From assembly GCA_046483065.1 (NCBI GenBank), contig JAWODW010000037.1, forward strand, positions 71,308-135,307: a DNA stretch of 64,000 nucleotides, in the 5' to 3' direction. The translations under genes and the position numbers were made by a program. The stretch is from Longimicrobiales bacterium (GTDB lineage: Bacteria > Gemmatimonadota > Gemmatimonadetes > Longimicrobiales > RSA9). The stretch's first letter is position 1, and each line of letters opens with the position of its first letter. The notes under the pieces are model-generated. The model made no database searches. It worked only from the letters and a program-made list of their open reading frames with translations, and had not been told where the DNA came from. Below are positions 16,859 through 25,767 of this stretch, in pieces.

Positions 16859-18079
16859 ATGGAAACGGAACGCTATCTCGAGGAAGCCGAGCGCTACAGC
16901 GCCCGGAACTACCACCCGCTGCCGGTGGTCCTGACCCGGGGCGAGGGGATCTGGGTGTGGGACGTGGAGGGGAACCGGTACCTGGACATGCTGTCGGCAT
17001 ACTCCGCCGTGAACCAGGGCCACGCCCACCCGAAGATCGTCCAGGCGCTCATCGACCAGGCGCAGCGGCTCCCGTTGACCTCACGGGCGTTCCACAACGA
17101 CAGGATGGGCCCGTTCCTCAAGCGGCTGTGCGAGCTGAGCGGCTACGACCAGGCGCTGCCGATGAACACCGGCGCCGAGGCGGTGGAGACCGCCATCAAG
17201 GCCGTCCGGAAGTGGGGCTACGACGTGAAGGGTGTCCCGGCCGACCAGGCCGAGATCATCGTCTTCGAGGGCAACTTCCACGGCCGGACCACCACGGTCA
17301 TCAGCTTCTCCTCCGAGGACCTCTACAAGGAGGGCTTCGGCCCGCTGACGCCCGGGTTCAAGATCGTGCCGTACGGCGATCTCGACGCCGTGAAGGCGGC
17401 CATGACCGACAACACGGTGGGGATCCTGGTGGAGCCGATCCAGGGCGAGGCCGGGGTGGTGGTCCCGCCGGAAGGGTTCATGAAAGGGCTCCGTGACCTC
17501 TGTGACGAGCACGGCGCCGCCCTCATGGCCGACGAGATCCAGACGGGGCTCGGCCGTACCGGCAAGCTGTTCGCCTACGAGTGGGACGACGTCCGGCCCG
17601 ACGTCCTCATTGTGGGGAAGGCCCTCGGCGGCGGCGTCTACCCGGTCTCCGCGGTACTGGCCGATGCGGAGATCATGGACATCTTCACGCCGGGCACCCA
17701 CGGCTCGACGTTCGGCGGCAACCCGACGGGCGCGGCGGTGGGGCTGGCGGCGCTGGACGTGATCGTGGAAGAGAAGCTCCCCGAGCGGGCGGCCGAGCTG
17801 GGCGCCTGGTTCATGGAGGAGCTACGCGGCATCGACTCATCGGTCATCGACCACGTCCGGGGCCGCGGCCTCCTCGTGGGCGTGGTCCTGAACACCGCCG
17901 CCCGGCCGTACTGCGAGGCACTCCAGGAGAAGGGGATGCTGGCCAAGGAGACCCACGAGAACGTGGTCCGCTTCGCCCCGCCCCTGGTCATCGAGAAGGC
18001 CGAGCTCGAGGCCGTCCTCGCCGACATCCGCGAGGTGCTGGCCCACGAGCCCGCCGAGCTGGCCGCAACCATGGCCTGA
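16859..18079 (+). CDS. rocD: ornithine aminotransferase (class-III PLP aminotransferase)
   Basis: The ATG at 16859 follows gagaggagagg. The N-terminus (YSARNYHPLPVVLTRGEGIWVWDVEGNRYLDMLSAYSAVNQGHAHPKIV) and later blocks match the OAT pattern from memory. Confidence 0.85.
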   Translation: METERYLEEAERYSARNYHPLPVVLTRGEGIWVWDVEGNRYLDMLSAYSAVNQGHAHPKIVQALIDQAQRLPLTSRAFHNDRMGPFLKRLCELSGYDQALPMNTGAEAVETAIKAVRKWGYDVKGVPADQAEIIVFEGNFHGRTTTVISFSSEDLYKEGFGPLTPGFKIVPYGDLDAVKAAMTDNTVGILVEPIQGEAGVVVPPEGFMKGLRDLCDEHGAALMADEIQTGLGRTGKLFAYEWDDVRPDVLIVGKALGGGVYPVSAVLADAEIMDIFTPGTHGSTFGGNPTGAAVGLAALDVIVEEKLPERAAELGAWFMEELRGIDSSVIDHVRGRGLLVGVVLNTAARPYCEALQEKGMLAKETHENVVRFAPPLVIEKAELEAVLADIREVLAHEPAELAATMA

Positions 18080-18148
18080 ACCGGGCGCACCTGGCCGGCT
18101 GACCCGGGCGAACCTGGCCGGCGGGGGAACCCGGCGCTTCCACCCGGC

Positions 18149-18195
18149 GACGACGAGCCCGCGGGCCGCTCCGGCGGTTCCGCGGGCTTCGTCGT
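18149..18195 (+). terminator. strong hairpin downstream of rocD (16-bp arms, one mismatch)
   Basis: gacgacgagcccgcgg (18149-18164) pairs with ccgcgggcttcgtcgt (18180-18195). There is no clear T tract. Confidence 0.45.
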
Positions 18196-18325
18196 GTGGG
18201 GAGATCCCTGAAAAATCCTCACGGGCTCCGGAATCGGCGCTCCAGACGGTGGCTTCCGGCGCCGTCCCTGTTACATTGGCCCCGGATTCGTAACGGTACC
18301 ATTATGCCAACGTAACGGATACGCG

Positions 18326-19495
18326 ATGGAAGGCGGGCCGAAAAAGGCGCCGGAGTACCGCACGTGGACGGAGCATCCGGCCGTGCGGGCGGGCGTGGTC
18401 ATCGCCCTGCTCTACATCTTCCTGGTGGGCGTGAACGGTCTCGGGAGCGGGTTCAAGCTCCTGAGCCGTGACTTCGTGGACAACTTCTTCACCGCCACGG
18501 AGAACCCGTTCCTGGCGCTGATGGTGGGGATCCTGGCCACCACGCTGGTCCAGAGTTCGTCGGTGACCACATCGCTGATCGTGGGGCTGGTGGCGGCGCC
18601 GGAGAACCCGCTCCCGGTGGCGAACGCGATCCCGATGATCATGGGCGCGAACATCGGGACCACGGTGACGAACACCATCGCGTCGATGGCGCACATAGGG
18701 TGGAAGGAGGAGTTCCGCCGGGCGTTCGCCGTGGCGACGTGCCACGACTGGTTCAACTACCTGGCCGTGCTGCTGCTGCTCCCGCTGGAGCTGCTGACCG
18801 GGTTCCTGAGCAAGAGCGCGCACGCGCTGGCGGGCCTGCTCGGCGGGCTCGGCGGCGCCGAGTACGAGAGCCCGATCAAGGGAGCGATCAAGGCGGGCGG
18901 CGCACCGATCCAGCACGGCATCGAGGCGTTGGCGCCCACGGCCGGGTGGGCAGCGACGTTGTACATCCTGGTCAGCGCGGTCCTGATCTATGTGGCGCTG
19001 GTCACGATCGTGAAGGTGATGCGGTCGAGCATGCACTCCCGTGTGGAGAGCATGGTCACGCAGGCGTTCGAGAACAGCGCGATCATCGCCATGGCGGTGG
19101 GGGTCCTCGCCACGGTGATGGTCCAGTCGAGCTCCATCACCACGTCGCTCCTGGTCCCGCTGGCCGGGGCGGGCATATTGACGCTGGCGCAGGCGTTTCC
19201 CATCACGCTGGGCGCGAACGTCGGGACCACGGTCACCGCGCTGCTGGCAGCACTGGCCGCCACCGGCGAGCACGCGAGCGCGGGACTGACGATCGCGCTG
19301 GCGCACTTGATCTTCAACCTGAGTGGGATTCTGCTGATCTACCCGTGGGAGCGGACACGGAACCTCCCGCTCCGGGCGGCCCAGATGCTGGCCGACATCG
19401 CCACGCGCTCGAAGCTTCTCGCCATTGGCTATGTGCTGATACTTTTCTACGGGATCCCGGCGATGTTCGCCATCCTGGGTCACGCGTTCGGATAG
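18326..19495 (+). CDS. Na+/phosphate symporter family protein (NptA-like)
   Basis: Duplicated Na_Pi_cotrans pattern (ILATTLVQSSSVTTSLIVGL and VLATVMVQSSSITTSLLVPL). Confidence 0.85.
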   Translation: MEGGPKKAPEYRTWTEHPAVRAGVVIALLYIFLVGVNGLGSGFKLLSRDFVDNFFTATENPFLALMVGILATTLVQSSSVTTSLIVGLVAAPENPLPVANAIPMIMGANIGTTVTNTIASMAHIGWKEEFRRAFAVATCHDWFNYLAVLLLLPLELLTGFLSKSAHALAGLLGGLGGAEYESPIKGAIKAGGAPIQHGIEALAPTAGWAATLYILVSAVLIYVALVTIVKVMRSSMHSRVESMVTQAFENSAIIAMAVGVLATVMVQSSSITTSLLVPLAGAGILTLAQAFPITLGANVGTTVTALLAALAATGEHASAGLTIALAHLIFNLSGILLIYPWERTRNLPLRAAQMLADIATRSKLLAIGYVLILFYGIPAMFAILGHAFG

Positions 19496-19504
19496 GAGGT
19501 ACCG

Positions 19505-20194
19505 ATGCTCCGCGAACTCATGTCGCTGTTCCGATCGAACGATGCCATCGCCCGGATGGGCGAGGACTTCGAGCTCATGCTCGACCTGGCGCACGACCTG
19601 ACGGAAGCCGCCGGCCGGCTCTTCTTCGACGTCGCGGCCACACCCGATGACCGGACCTCCATCTCGATGCAGGACGTGCGGCTGAACAAGCTGGAGCGCC
19701 AGATCCGCAAACAGGTGATCTCACACCTGACCCTCGGTGACGGCGAGAAGGACGCGCCGTACTGCCTGCTCCTCATGAGCCTGGTCAAGGACGTAGAGCG
19801 GATCGGCGACTACTGCAAGAACATCGCGGAGATCTACGACGAGGGCGGCGCCCCGATCCCCGATGACGAGCTGGGCGCCGAGCTGCGGGAGATCCGCCTG
19901 ACCGTGGACGAAACGTTCGAGACGGGACAGGAGGCCTTCGCCACGTCCGACTCGGAAACGGCCATGGACCTGCTCCAGAGCGGCAAAGAGATCACCCGCC
20001 GGTGCGACAAGCTGGTCTCCCGCGTGGCCCGCAGCCACCACGAGGCCGCCACCACCGCCACGCTGATCCTCGGCGCCCGCTACTACAAGCGGATCCAGGC
20101 CCACCTGCTGAACATCCTGTCCGGCGTGGTCATGCCGCTCCACAAGCTCGACTACTACGACGAGGACTCGATCCCCGAGGAGCTCGAGGACTGA
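19505..20194 (+). CDS. PhoU-domain protein associated with the Na/Pi symporter
   Basis: Two PhoU-like helical repeats (VKDVERIGDYCKNIAE). It starts 9 nt after the symporter stop. Confidence 0.7.
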   Translation: MLRELMSLFRSNDAIARMGEDFELMLDLAHDLTEAAGRLFFDVAATPDDRTSISMQDVRLNKLERQIRKQVISHLTLGDGEKDAPYCLLLMSLVKDVERIGDYCKNIAEIYDEGGAPIPDDELGAELREIRLTVDETFETGQEAFATSDSETAMDLLQSGKEITRRCDKLVSRVARSHHEAATTATLILGARYYKRIQAHLLNILSGVVMPLHKLDYYDEDSIPEELED

Positions 20195-20254
20195 GCCCGG
20201 GAGCCGCGGCAGTTTCCGGACCCCGATCCGGCGCCGATCCGGCTTCGGGGAGCT

Positions 20255-21862
20255 TCAGCGCGCCAGCCGGAGGTAGAGAACCGGGTCGCCGCCCGCCGGG
20301 AGCCGGATCCGAACCCGGCCATCCGGGAGGCGCTCGGCCGATCCCACCATCGTCGTCTCGCCGGTGATGTAGTCGATCCGGGTCACCCGCCAGTCCTCCG
20401 CCGAGCCCTCCGCGGGGCCACGCTCCGGGGGAGCGGCCGATCCGGGGCCCAGCCCGGCCACCACCACGTCCAGCTCTACACCCGTTGCGAACTCCAGCCC
20501 CGGCAGGTCCAACCATGTGGCGATGATCACGTCCCGATCCGCCTGGAAGGCGTAGCTCCGGAACCGGTAGGGCGCAAAGTAGTTCAGCGCGGTGGAGTCG
20601 TCGAAGAGGCCGAACCCCACCTCCACCCCGCCGTCGAACTGCCCCACGGTCCCGGCGTCCCCGGCCAGCAGGTCGGAGAGGGTGCGCATGGCCCGGCCGA
20701 CGTCGGACGGCACGGGCCCGTCGGGGGCTTCGTCGAGAAGGTTGGTCCGCAGCAGCGTGCCCGAGCGCCCGGGTCCGGCCTTCATGTGGTACCAGGAGGC
20801 CTTGTACTGGTGGCGATCCTTCCAGTCGGCGCCCAACGCCCAGTGGAGCACGGGGAGCATGTAGCGGGGCACCCACTGGGCGTAGGGCGGCCGCTCCCAC
20901 GGCTCCAGGGAGACGAAGCCCCGGGTGCCGGCCTCCACGGCCGTGAGCCCGGCCTCCGTGTTCCACACGCCCTCGAGCTTCCCCGGCCGGATCCAGTGCT
21001 CATAGACGTGGTCGTAGAACGGCATGAGGCTCTGGGCGTGGGGCAGCATCGGCTTCTCGGTGTCGCCCTTCGAGTAGTGGACGGAGAGGATGTCGATGTG
21101 CCGCCACGCGTCGTGGTACGAGAGCCACCGGTCCACGTCCTCCGTCACCGCCGCCACCGTGTGCCGGAGCCGGCTCGGTCGCTCCGCCAGCGGCCAGCTG
21201 TCGGCAGGCCATTCCAGCGTATACGACGGCGCCACCACCTTCCGCCCGGCGGCGTGGATCACCTCCGCGGCGGGGATCAGGATCCGGTCGACGTACACCC
21301 GGTAGTTCTCATCGGCCCGGAGGAACCAGTCGATGTTCGGCTCGTTCCAGATCTCGAAGTACTCGATCTCCGGGTACCGCTCCACCACCCGGCGCACGTA
21401 TTCCTGCCACCCCTCCATGCCCTCATCGGAGGGTGCGTAGCGCCACCGTTCGGTGGCGTCCGGTGGTGCGCTCGACGCCCACTCCGGGACCTGGTTCAGC
21501 ACCGGGAGCATGAGCACGCCGTGCTCCCGGGCGACCCCGACGATGGTGTCCCAACGGGCGAAATCGAAGACGCCGGGCTCGGGCTCGTGGCGCCGCCACT
21601 GGAGCCCCAGCCGGCCCCAGGTGGCGCCCACATCATCGGCCAGGTGCATCTTCCCGGCGTCCAGGTGCACGGCGCCGAAGAACGCCCGGACGTACCCGGC
21701 GGGGACGGACTGCGCCGCCAGCGCCCCCGGGCCGGAGCGTACGCCCCGACGGTCCGCCGGTCCGGCGCCCGATCCATCGACCCCGACCGCCGGCGCCAGC
21801 GCCAGCGCTGCCGCCGCCCACAGTGCCGCGACCCTGCCGCGGGTCCAACGCTCCCGTCTCAT
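20255..21862 (-). CDS. secreted glycoside hydrolase, clan GH-A TIM barrel (family unassigned)
   Basis: Internal ATG at 21862 gives a signal peptide (MRRERWTRGRVAALWAAAALALAPAVG). Acid/base motif YFEIWNEPN. It begins 8 nt after the stop of the upstream gene. Confidence 0.65.
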   Translation of the reverse strand: MRRERWTRGRVAALWAAAALALAPAVGVDGSGAGPADRRGVRSGPGALAAQSVPAGYVRAFFGAVHLDAGKMHLADDVGATWGRLGLQWRRHEPEPGVFDFARWDTIVGVAREHGVLMLPVLNQVPEWASSAPPDATERWRYAPSDEGMEGWQEYVRRVVERYPEIEYFEIWNEPNIDWFLRADENYRVYVDRILIPAAEVIHAAGRKVVAPSYTLEWPADSWPLAERPSRLRHTVAAVTEDVDRWLSYHDAWRHIDILSVHYSKGDTEKPMLPHAQSLMPFYDHVYEHWIRPGKLEGVWNTEAGLTAVEAGTRGFVSLEPWERPPYAQWVPRYMLPVLHWALGADWKDRHQYKASWYHMKAGPGRSGTLLRTNLLDEAPDGPVPSDVGRAMRTLSDLLAGDAGTVGQFDGGVEVGFGLFDDSTALNYFAPYRFRSYAFQADRDVIIATWLDLPGLEFATGVELDVVVAGLGPGSAAPPERGPAEGSAEDWRVTRIDYITGETTMVGSAERLPDGRVRIRLPAGGDPVLYLRLAR

Positions 21863-21870
21863 GGGCCGCC

Positions 21871-24800
21871 TCACCGTCCGTACCGGAACAGGATCTCCAG
21901 CCACTCCACCTCCAGCTCGCCGGGCCGTCGATGCCGGACCGGCGCCTCGACGTGCTCGACCCAGGCGCCGCCGGGCGTCACGGTCCGGGGGCGGGGGTAG
22001 ACCACGGCGGCGGCGCTCGCCGACTCCACCCGGCCCGGATCCGTGGCCAGCCACCCGTGCACCGCATCGGCCCGCTCGCGCGGATCCGTCGGACCCCCGT
22101 CCCCACCGCGCGGCAGGACGTAGAACCCCGTGATCGCCGGGCCGGCGGCGTTTTCGCCCCCTGCGGGATCGCCGGCGCTGCCGCTCGCCGCCCCTGCGAG
22201 CCCCTGGACCCGGACCGCCACGTGGCCCTCCCGGATGTCCTGCCCCAGGAAACGGAGCGCGCTGAGCCCCGGGTAGACCACGGCAGCCCAGCCATCGTCG
22301 CCCCGGCGGGTCGCGGGCTCCACCAGCGGCACCCAGGCATCGCCCGCCGAGGGGTTCTCACGGACCCGGACCGTCATCCCGGTGGGGTCGAGGTCCCGGC
22401 CGTAGACCACCAGATCGAACCGGGGCGTCACCTCCGCCGGCCGATGGACGGTGACTCGCACCGATGCCGGACCCCGACTCGGGAGCCGGACCCACCCGGC
22501 GTCGCCGTCGTACCCGGACCACGGCCGGCCGTTGACCTCCACGGCGGTGATCCGCGCCTCGGGCTCCACCACCGGGATCGGCCAGAGTCGCTCGCCGCCG
22601 GGCTCTGTCACCCGGAAGTGGAGCGTCCGGGGCTCGCCCGTGAGCCAGAGGCCCGTGTAGAGCCCCAGGAGCAGCCCGTGCTCCATGGCGTGGTACGATG
22701 TCTTGGTCCGCACCGCCTTCTCGCTCCGGACGACCCTGCCCAGGGTGTCCACCGACAGGTACGCGCCGCCGTAGAGCGGGTCGATGACGTGACGGTTCCA
22801 GAACGCCGCCCCCTCCCGGAAGGCCTCCAGATATCGGGCCTCGCCCGTGAGCCGGAAGAGGGAGAGCGCCGTCATGTTGCCGTACGCCTGCACCCACCAC
22901 GGCGTGGCCTCCGCCCGGGCCGCCGGGTCCGCCAGCTCGAAGTGGTGCAGCCACGCCCCCGTCTCCGGGAGGAACGCGTGCTCGAGCGTCTGCCGCCCCA
23001 GCTCCACCGCCGCGGCCCTGTAGTCCTCCCGGCCCGTGAGACCGTGCAGCCGAGCCGCCATCCACGCCGTCTCCAGGTTGTGGCCCACGCTGACCCGGAA
23101 GGCGGACCGCCGGCCGCCGGGGACCGCGGTCCACGCGGTGTCCCAGTGCTCGAGGACCCACGCGGTGCCCGGGTCCCGCATCCGGTCCAGCACCACGTCC
23201 AGCACTCGCTGCGCCTGCTCCAGGTACCGGTCGTCCCGGGTGGCCAGGTAGAGGTAGAGCAGGTACCCGGACAACGGGGCGAGCTGGGGCGAGATGTCCT
23301 TCCCGGGGTCCGCCACCGACAGGTCACGGCTCAGCGACGCCACGTATCCGCCCCGGACCTCGTCCCAGGCGTAACGGTCGAGGAGCGCCAGCGTCCGGTC
23401 CAGGTACTGCCGGACCTCCCGATCGTGGGTAACCACCCAGTAGAAGGCCAGTCCCGTGGCGGCGTAGAGCTGCATGAAGAGGTCTTTCGACGCGTCCACC
23501 ACCTCGCCGTCGGCCGCCACCTCGTTGTACCACCCGCCGTGCTCCGGGTCCCAGCCGTGCCTCAGCATCCAGTCCAGCGCCGTCCGGGCACTGTCGAGGT
23601 GCTCGGGCTCGCCCGTCAGGAGGTAGCCCGCAGCGTAGGAGAAGAGGTGCCGGGAGACCATCCCCGGGAACCGCCCGTCGCGGTCCGTGGGCTCCCACCC
23701 CCGGTCGAGGAAGGCGCGGAACCCGCCGTCGTCGTCCCGTGCGTGCCGGTCCCAGAAGGGGAGCACGTCGGTCATGGCCTGGCTCCGCCAGAAGGCCGCC
23801 GGGAGGAGCGGCGCCGGGGCGGGCGCCTGCCCCGGACCCGACTCCCGAGCGGCGGCCGACCCGTGAGCCGCGGCCGACTCGTCACCGACGTCCGGCACCT
23901 GTGCCACACCCTGGATGCGGCCGCCGGGCGCCATCGACGCCAGCGTCACGGCGCCACCCGGCGCCAGCGTCAGCGGCCGCGGCCGGACGTGTCGGGCGAG
24001 ACTGTTGATGGCCACCCACCGGGGCTGGGCCTGGAGCAGCGCGGTCACCCGCTCCTCCGTGAGGAAGTTGGGCGTGGCGCGGTACGGCATGGCGAGAGCG
24101 GCAGTGAGCCAGGAGCCGTCGGCGTCAGAGTCGGTCTCGATCCGCAGCTCGAACCGGGGCTCGCCGTGGCCATCCACCTCCAGGAACCGGCGCCGGTCGA
24201 GGGCGTGGAAGACCACCGCGTGCTCGGTCTCGTGATAGGAGTAGACGTGTCCGGGGTCGGCGCCCGGCTCGTACGCGTCCCGGTCCTGCTGCGGGTTCAG
24301 TGTGCCGAGGAGCTCCCACGCGTCGGGCTCGCCGGGCCCACGTTCGGGCTCACCACCGGCCACCCGGAGGTAGACCCGGTGCTCGCCGTGGTCGAAGTCG
24401 TGGCCGTAGAGCCAGAGGTCGAAGCGGGCGTCGGGGTCCAGATGGCCGGTGGCCTCCAGCGCTCGCAGGTAGCTGTAGACCCAGCGGTCCCGGGAGGTGC
24501 CGAACATGGAGCCCGCCGGGCCGATAGCGCCCCAGGCGTTCGGGACGAACGGGTCGAAGGAGACGTCCACCGGCGCGGGCTCATCGGGCGCCGTGTGGTC
24601 GGTGGCGGCGTAGTTCGGCCAGTACCAGCCGATGCCGTCGGCGCCGCCGGCGAGCATGGCGTCCACGTTCCCGTCGATCTCCCACCGACCCGGCGTATAG
24701 CCCAGCTTGATGGTGTGGGTCTGGCCGAGCTGGTATGCCCGGGCCCCGTGCCGGTGGGCCGCAGCCGACGTGGTGGCCACCACGTCGGTAATGTACGCAT

Positions 24801-25581
24801 TGGTGGCCTCGTGACCGTAGCCGCGGTTGAAGTAGCCCCGATAGACGTCGGAGAAGACGAAGTCCGGGGTCTGGCCCAGCGCCGCGGCGCTGTCCATGAA
24901 CGCGCCGATCCACGAATGATCGCCCGCCATCTCCGGCGACGCGTTGTGGGGATGGTGCAGGAAGATCCCCACCTCCGCACCGGGGTGCCCCTCCTTCAGC
25001 GCCGCCCGGAGATGAGCGAAGGCCGCCGGGCCGTGGCGCCGGAAGAGCGCCGCGTCCCGGACGTAGCTGCGCCGATCCGGGTGGCCGGGTCGGGCGAAGC
25101 CGCCCAGCGGCGCCTCGTCGAACAACGTGATCCGGGCGAAGTCCGGGTAATGGCGCCGGTAGACGGCGGCCAGCTCCCTGAACGTCTCCAGGGTGGAGGC
25201 CCGCCGGGCGCTGTTACGGACGAAGGCGTCGATGGTGCCAGCCTCCGCCCGGTCCGGTCCGATCTCGATCCACGTCCGCTCGAGCCCTACCTCCCGGCAC
25301 ATGGAGAGGAACCGGTCGAGCCGGTCGGCGTCGCGCATCCCTGACGAGTACGGCGTGATCCCGTTCCGTCGCGCGAAGAGGAGCATGTCCCGGAGCAGCG
25401 CCGGGTCGGTGCCCAGGAGCCGGTTCGCGCCGACCCACATGAAGACCTCGGGCCGGTCGGCGGCGGGGCCGTCCGTCTCCGACGTCTGCGCCGCGACCCG
25501 GCCGGGCGCGAGGGCCGAAACCGCCAGTGTCAGGAATAGCGCCGCGATCCCGCAGCGCCACGCTGGATTCCGCCGTGCCAT
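21871..25581 (-). CDS. large secreted multidomain protein: N-terminal GH-like region + AGE-family (alpha/alpha)6 epimerase/isomerase-like domain + C-terminal beta-rich region
   Basis: ATG at 25581 gives a signal peptide (MARRNPAWRCGIAALFLTLAVSALAPGRVAAQ). The central region of about 400 aa shows an N-acylglucosamine 2-epimerase-like pattern (LPFWDRHARDDDGGF .. GHNLETAWMAARL .. WWVQAYGNMTAL). Confidence 0.65.
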   Translation of the reverse strand: MARRNPAWRCGIAALFLTLAVSALAPGRVAAQTSETDGPAADRPEVFMWVGANRLLGTDPALLRDMLLFARRNGITPYSSGMRDADRLDRFLSMCREVGLERTWIEIGPDRAEAGTIDAFVRNSARRASTLETFRELAAVYRRHYPDFARITLFDEAPLGGFARPGHPDRRSYVRDAALFRRHGPAAFAHLRAALKEGHPGAEVGIFLHHPHNASPEMAGDHSWIGAFMDSAAALGQTPDFVFSDVYRGYFNRGYGHEATNAYITDVVATTSAAAHRHGARAYQLGQTHTIKLGYTPGRWEIDGNVDAMLAGGADGIGWYWPNYAATDHTAPDEPAPVDVSFDPFVPNAWGAIGPAGSMFGTSRDRWVYSYLRALEATGHLDPDARFDLWLYGHDFDHGEHRVYLRVAGGEPERGPGEPDAWELLGTLNPQQDRDAYEPGADPGHVYSYHETEHAVVFHALDRRRFLEVDGHGEPRFELRIETDSDADGSWLTAALAMPYRATPNFLTEERVTALLQAQPRWVAINSLARHVRPRPLTLAPGGAVTLASMAPGGRIQGVAQVPDVGDESAAAHGSAAARESGPGQAPAPAPLLPAAFWRSQAMTDVLPFWDRHARDDDGGFRAFLDRGWEPTDRDGRFPGMVSRHLFSYAAGYLLTGEPEHLDSARTALDWMLRHGWDPEHGGWYNEVAADGEVVDASKDLFMQLYAATGLAFYWVVTHDREVRQYLDRTLALLDRYAWDEVRGGYVASLSRDLSVADPGKDISPQLAPLSGYLLYLYLATRDDRYLEQAQRVLDVVLDRMRDPGTAWVLEHWDTAWTAVPGGRRSAFRVSVGHNLETAWMAARLHGLTGREDYRAAAVELGRQTLEHAFLPETGAWLHHFELADPAARAEATPWWVQAYGNMTALSLFRLTGEARYLEAFREGAAFWNRHVIDPLYGGAYLSVDTLGRVVRSEKAVRTKTSYHAMEHGLLLGLYTGLWLTGEPRTLHFRVTEPGGERLWPIPVVEPEARITAVEVNGRPWSGYDGDAGWVRLPSRGPASVRVTVHRPAEVTPRFDLVVYGRDLDPTGMTVRVRENPSAGDAWVPLVEPATRRGDDGWAAVVYPGLSALRFLGQDIREGHVAVRVQGLAGAASGSAGDPAGGENAAGPAITGFYVLPRGGDGGPTDPRERADAVHGWLATDPGRVESASAAAVVYPRPRTVTPGGAWVEHVEAPVRHRRPGELEVEWLEILFRYGR

Positions 25582-25767
25582 CACGCCTCCCACCGGTTGC
25601 CGATGTCGTAAGCCGCCGCGCCCATCAAAGCTGGCGTCCCCCCGGCCTCGACGCGAGTCCGTGGCAGTGGTTCGCTTCGACGCCTGCCGGGAACGCTGCC
25701 CCGTCACGATCGAAGGCGGGGCGCCGGAAGCCCGACCCCCCGCCCGTCGTCGCCTGGATCTCGAAGC

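Noticed and set aside
21863-22054. N-terminal extensions of several ORFs (20255..22054, 21871..25707, 25768..27564, 44901..46637, 55074..55961, 59590..60522)
   Set aside because: The extensions are Arg/Gly/Pro-rich and precede internal ATGs. Those ATGs give signal peptides or canonical family N-termini, often with an SD or a stop/start overlap.
21823-25344. 1173-aa plus-strand ORF
   Set aside because: It is antisense to the AGE-domain gene and has Arg/Pro/Gly/Val-rich composition with no motifs.
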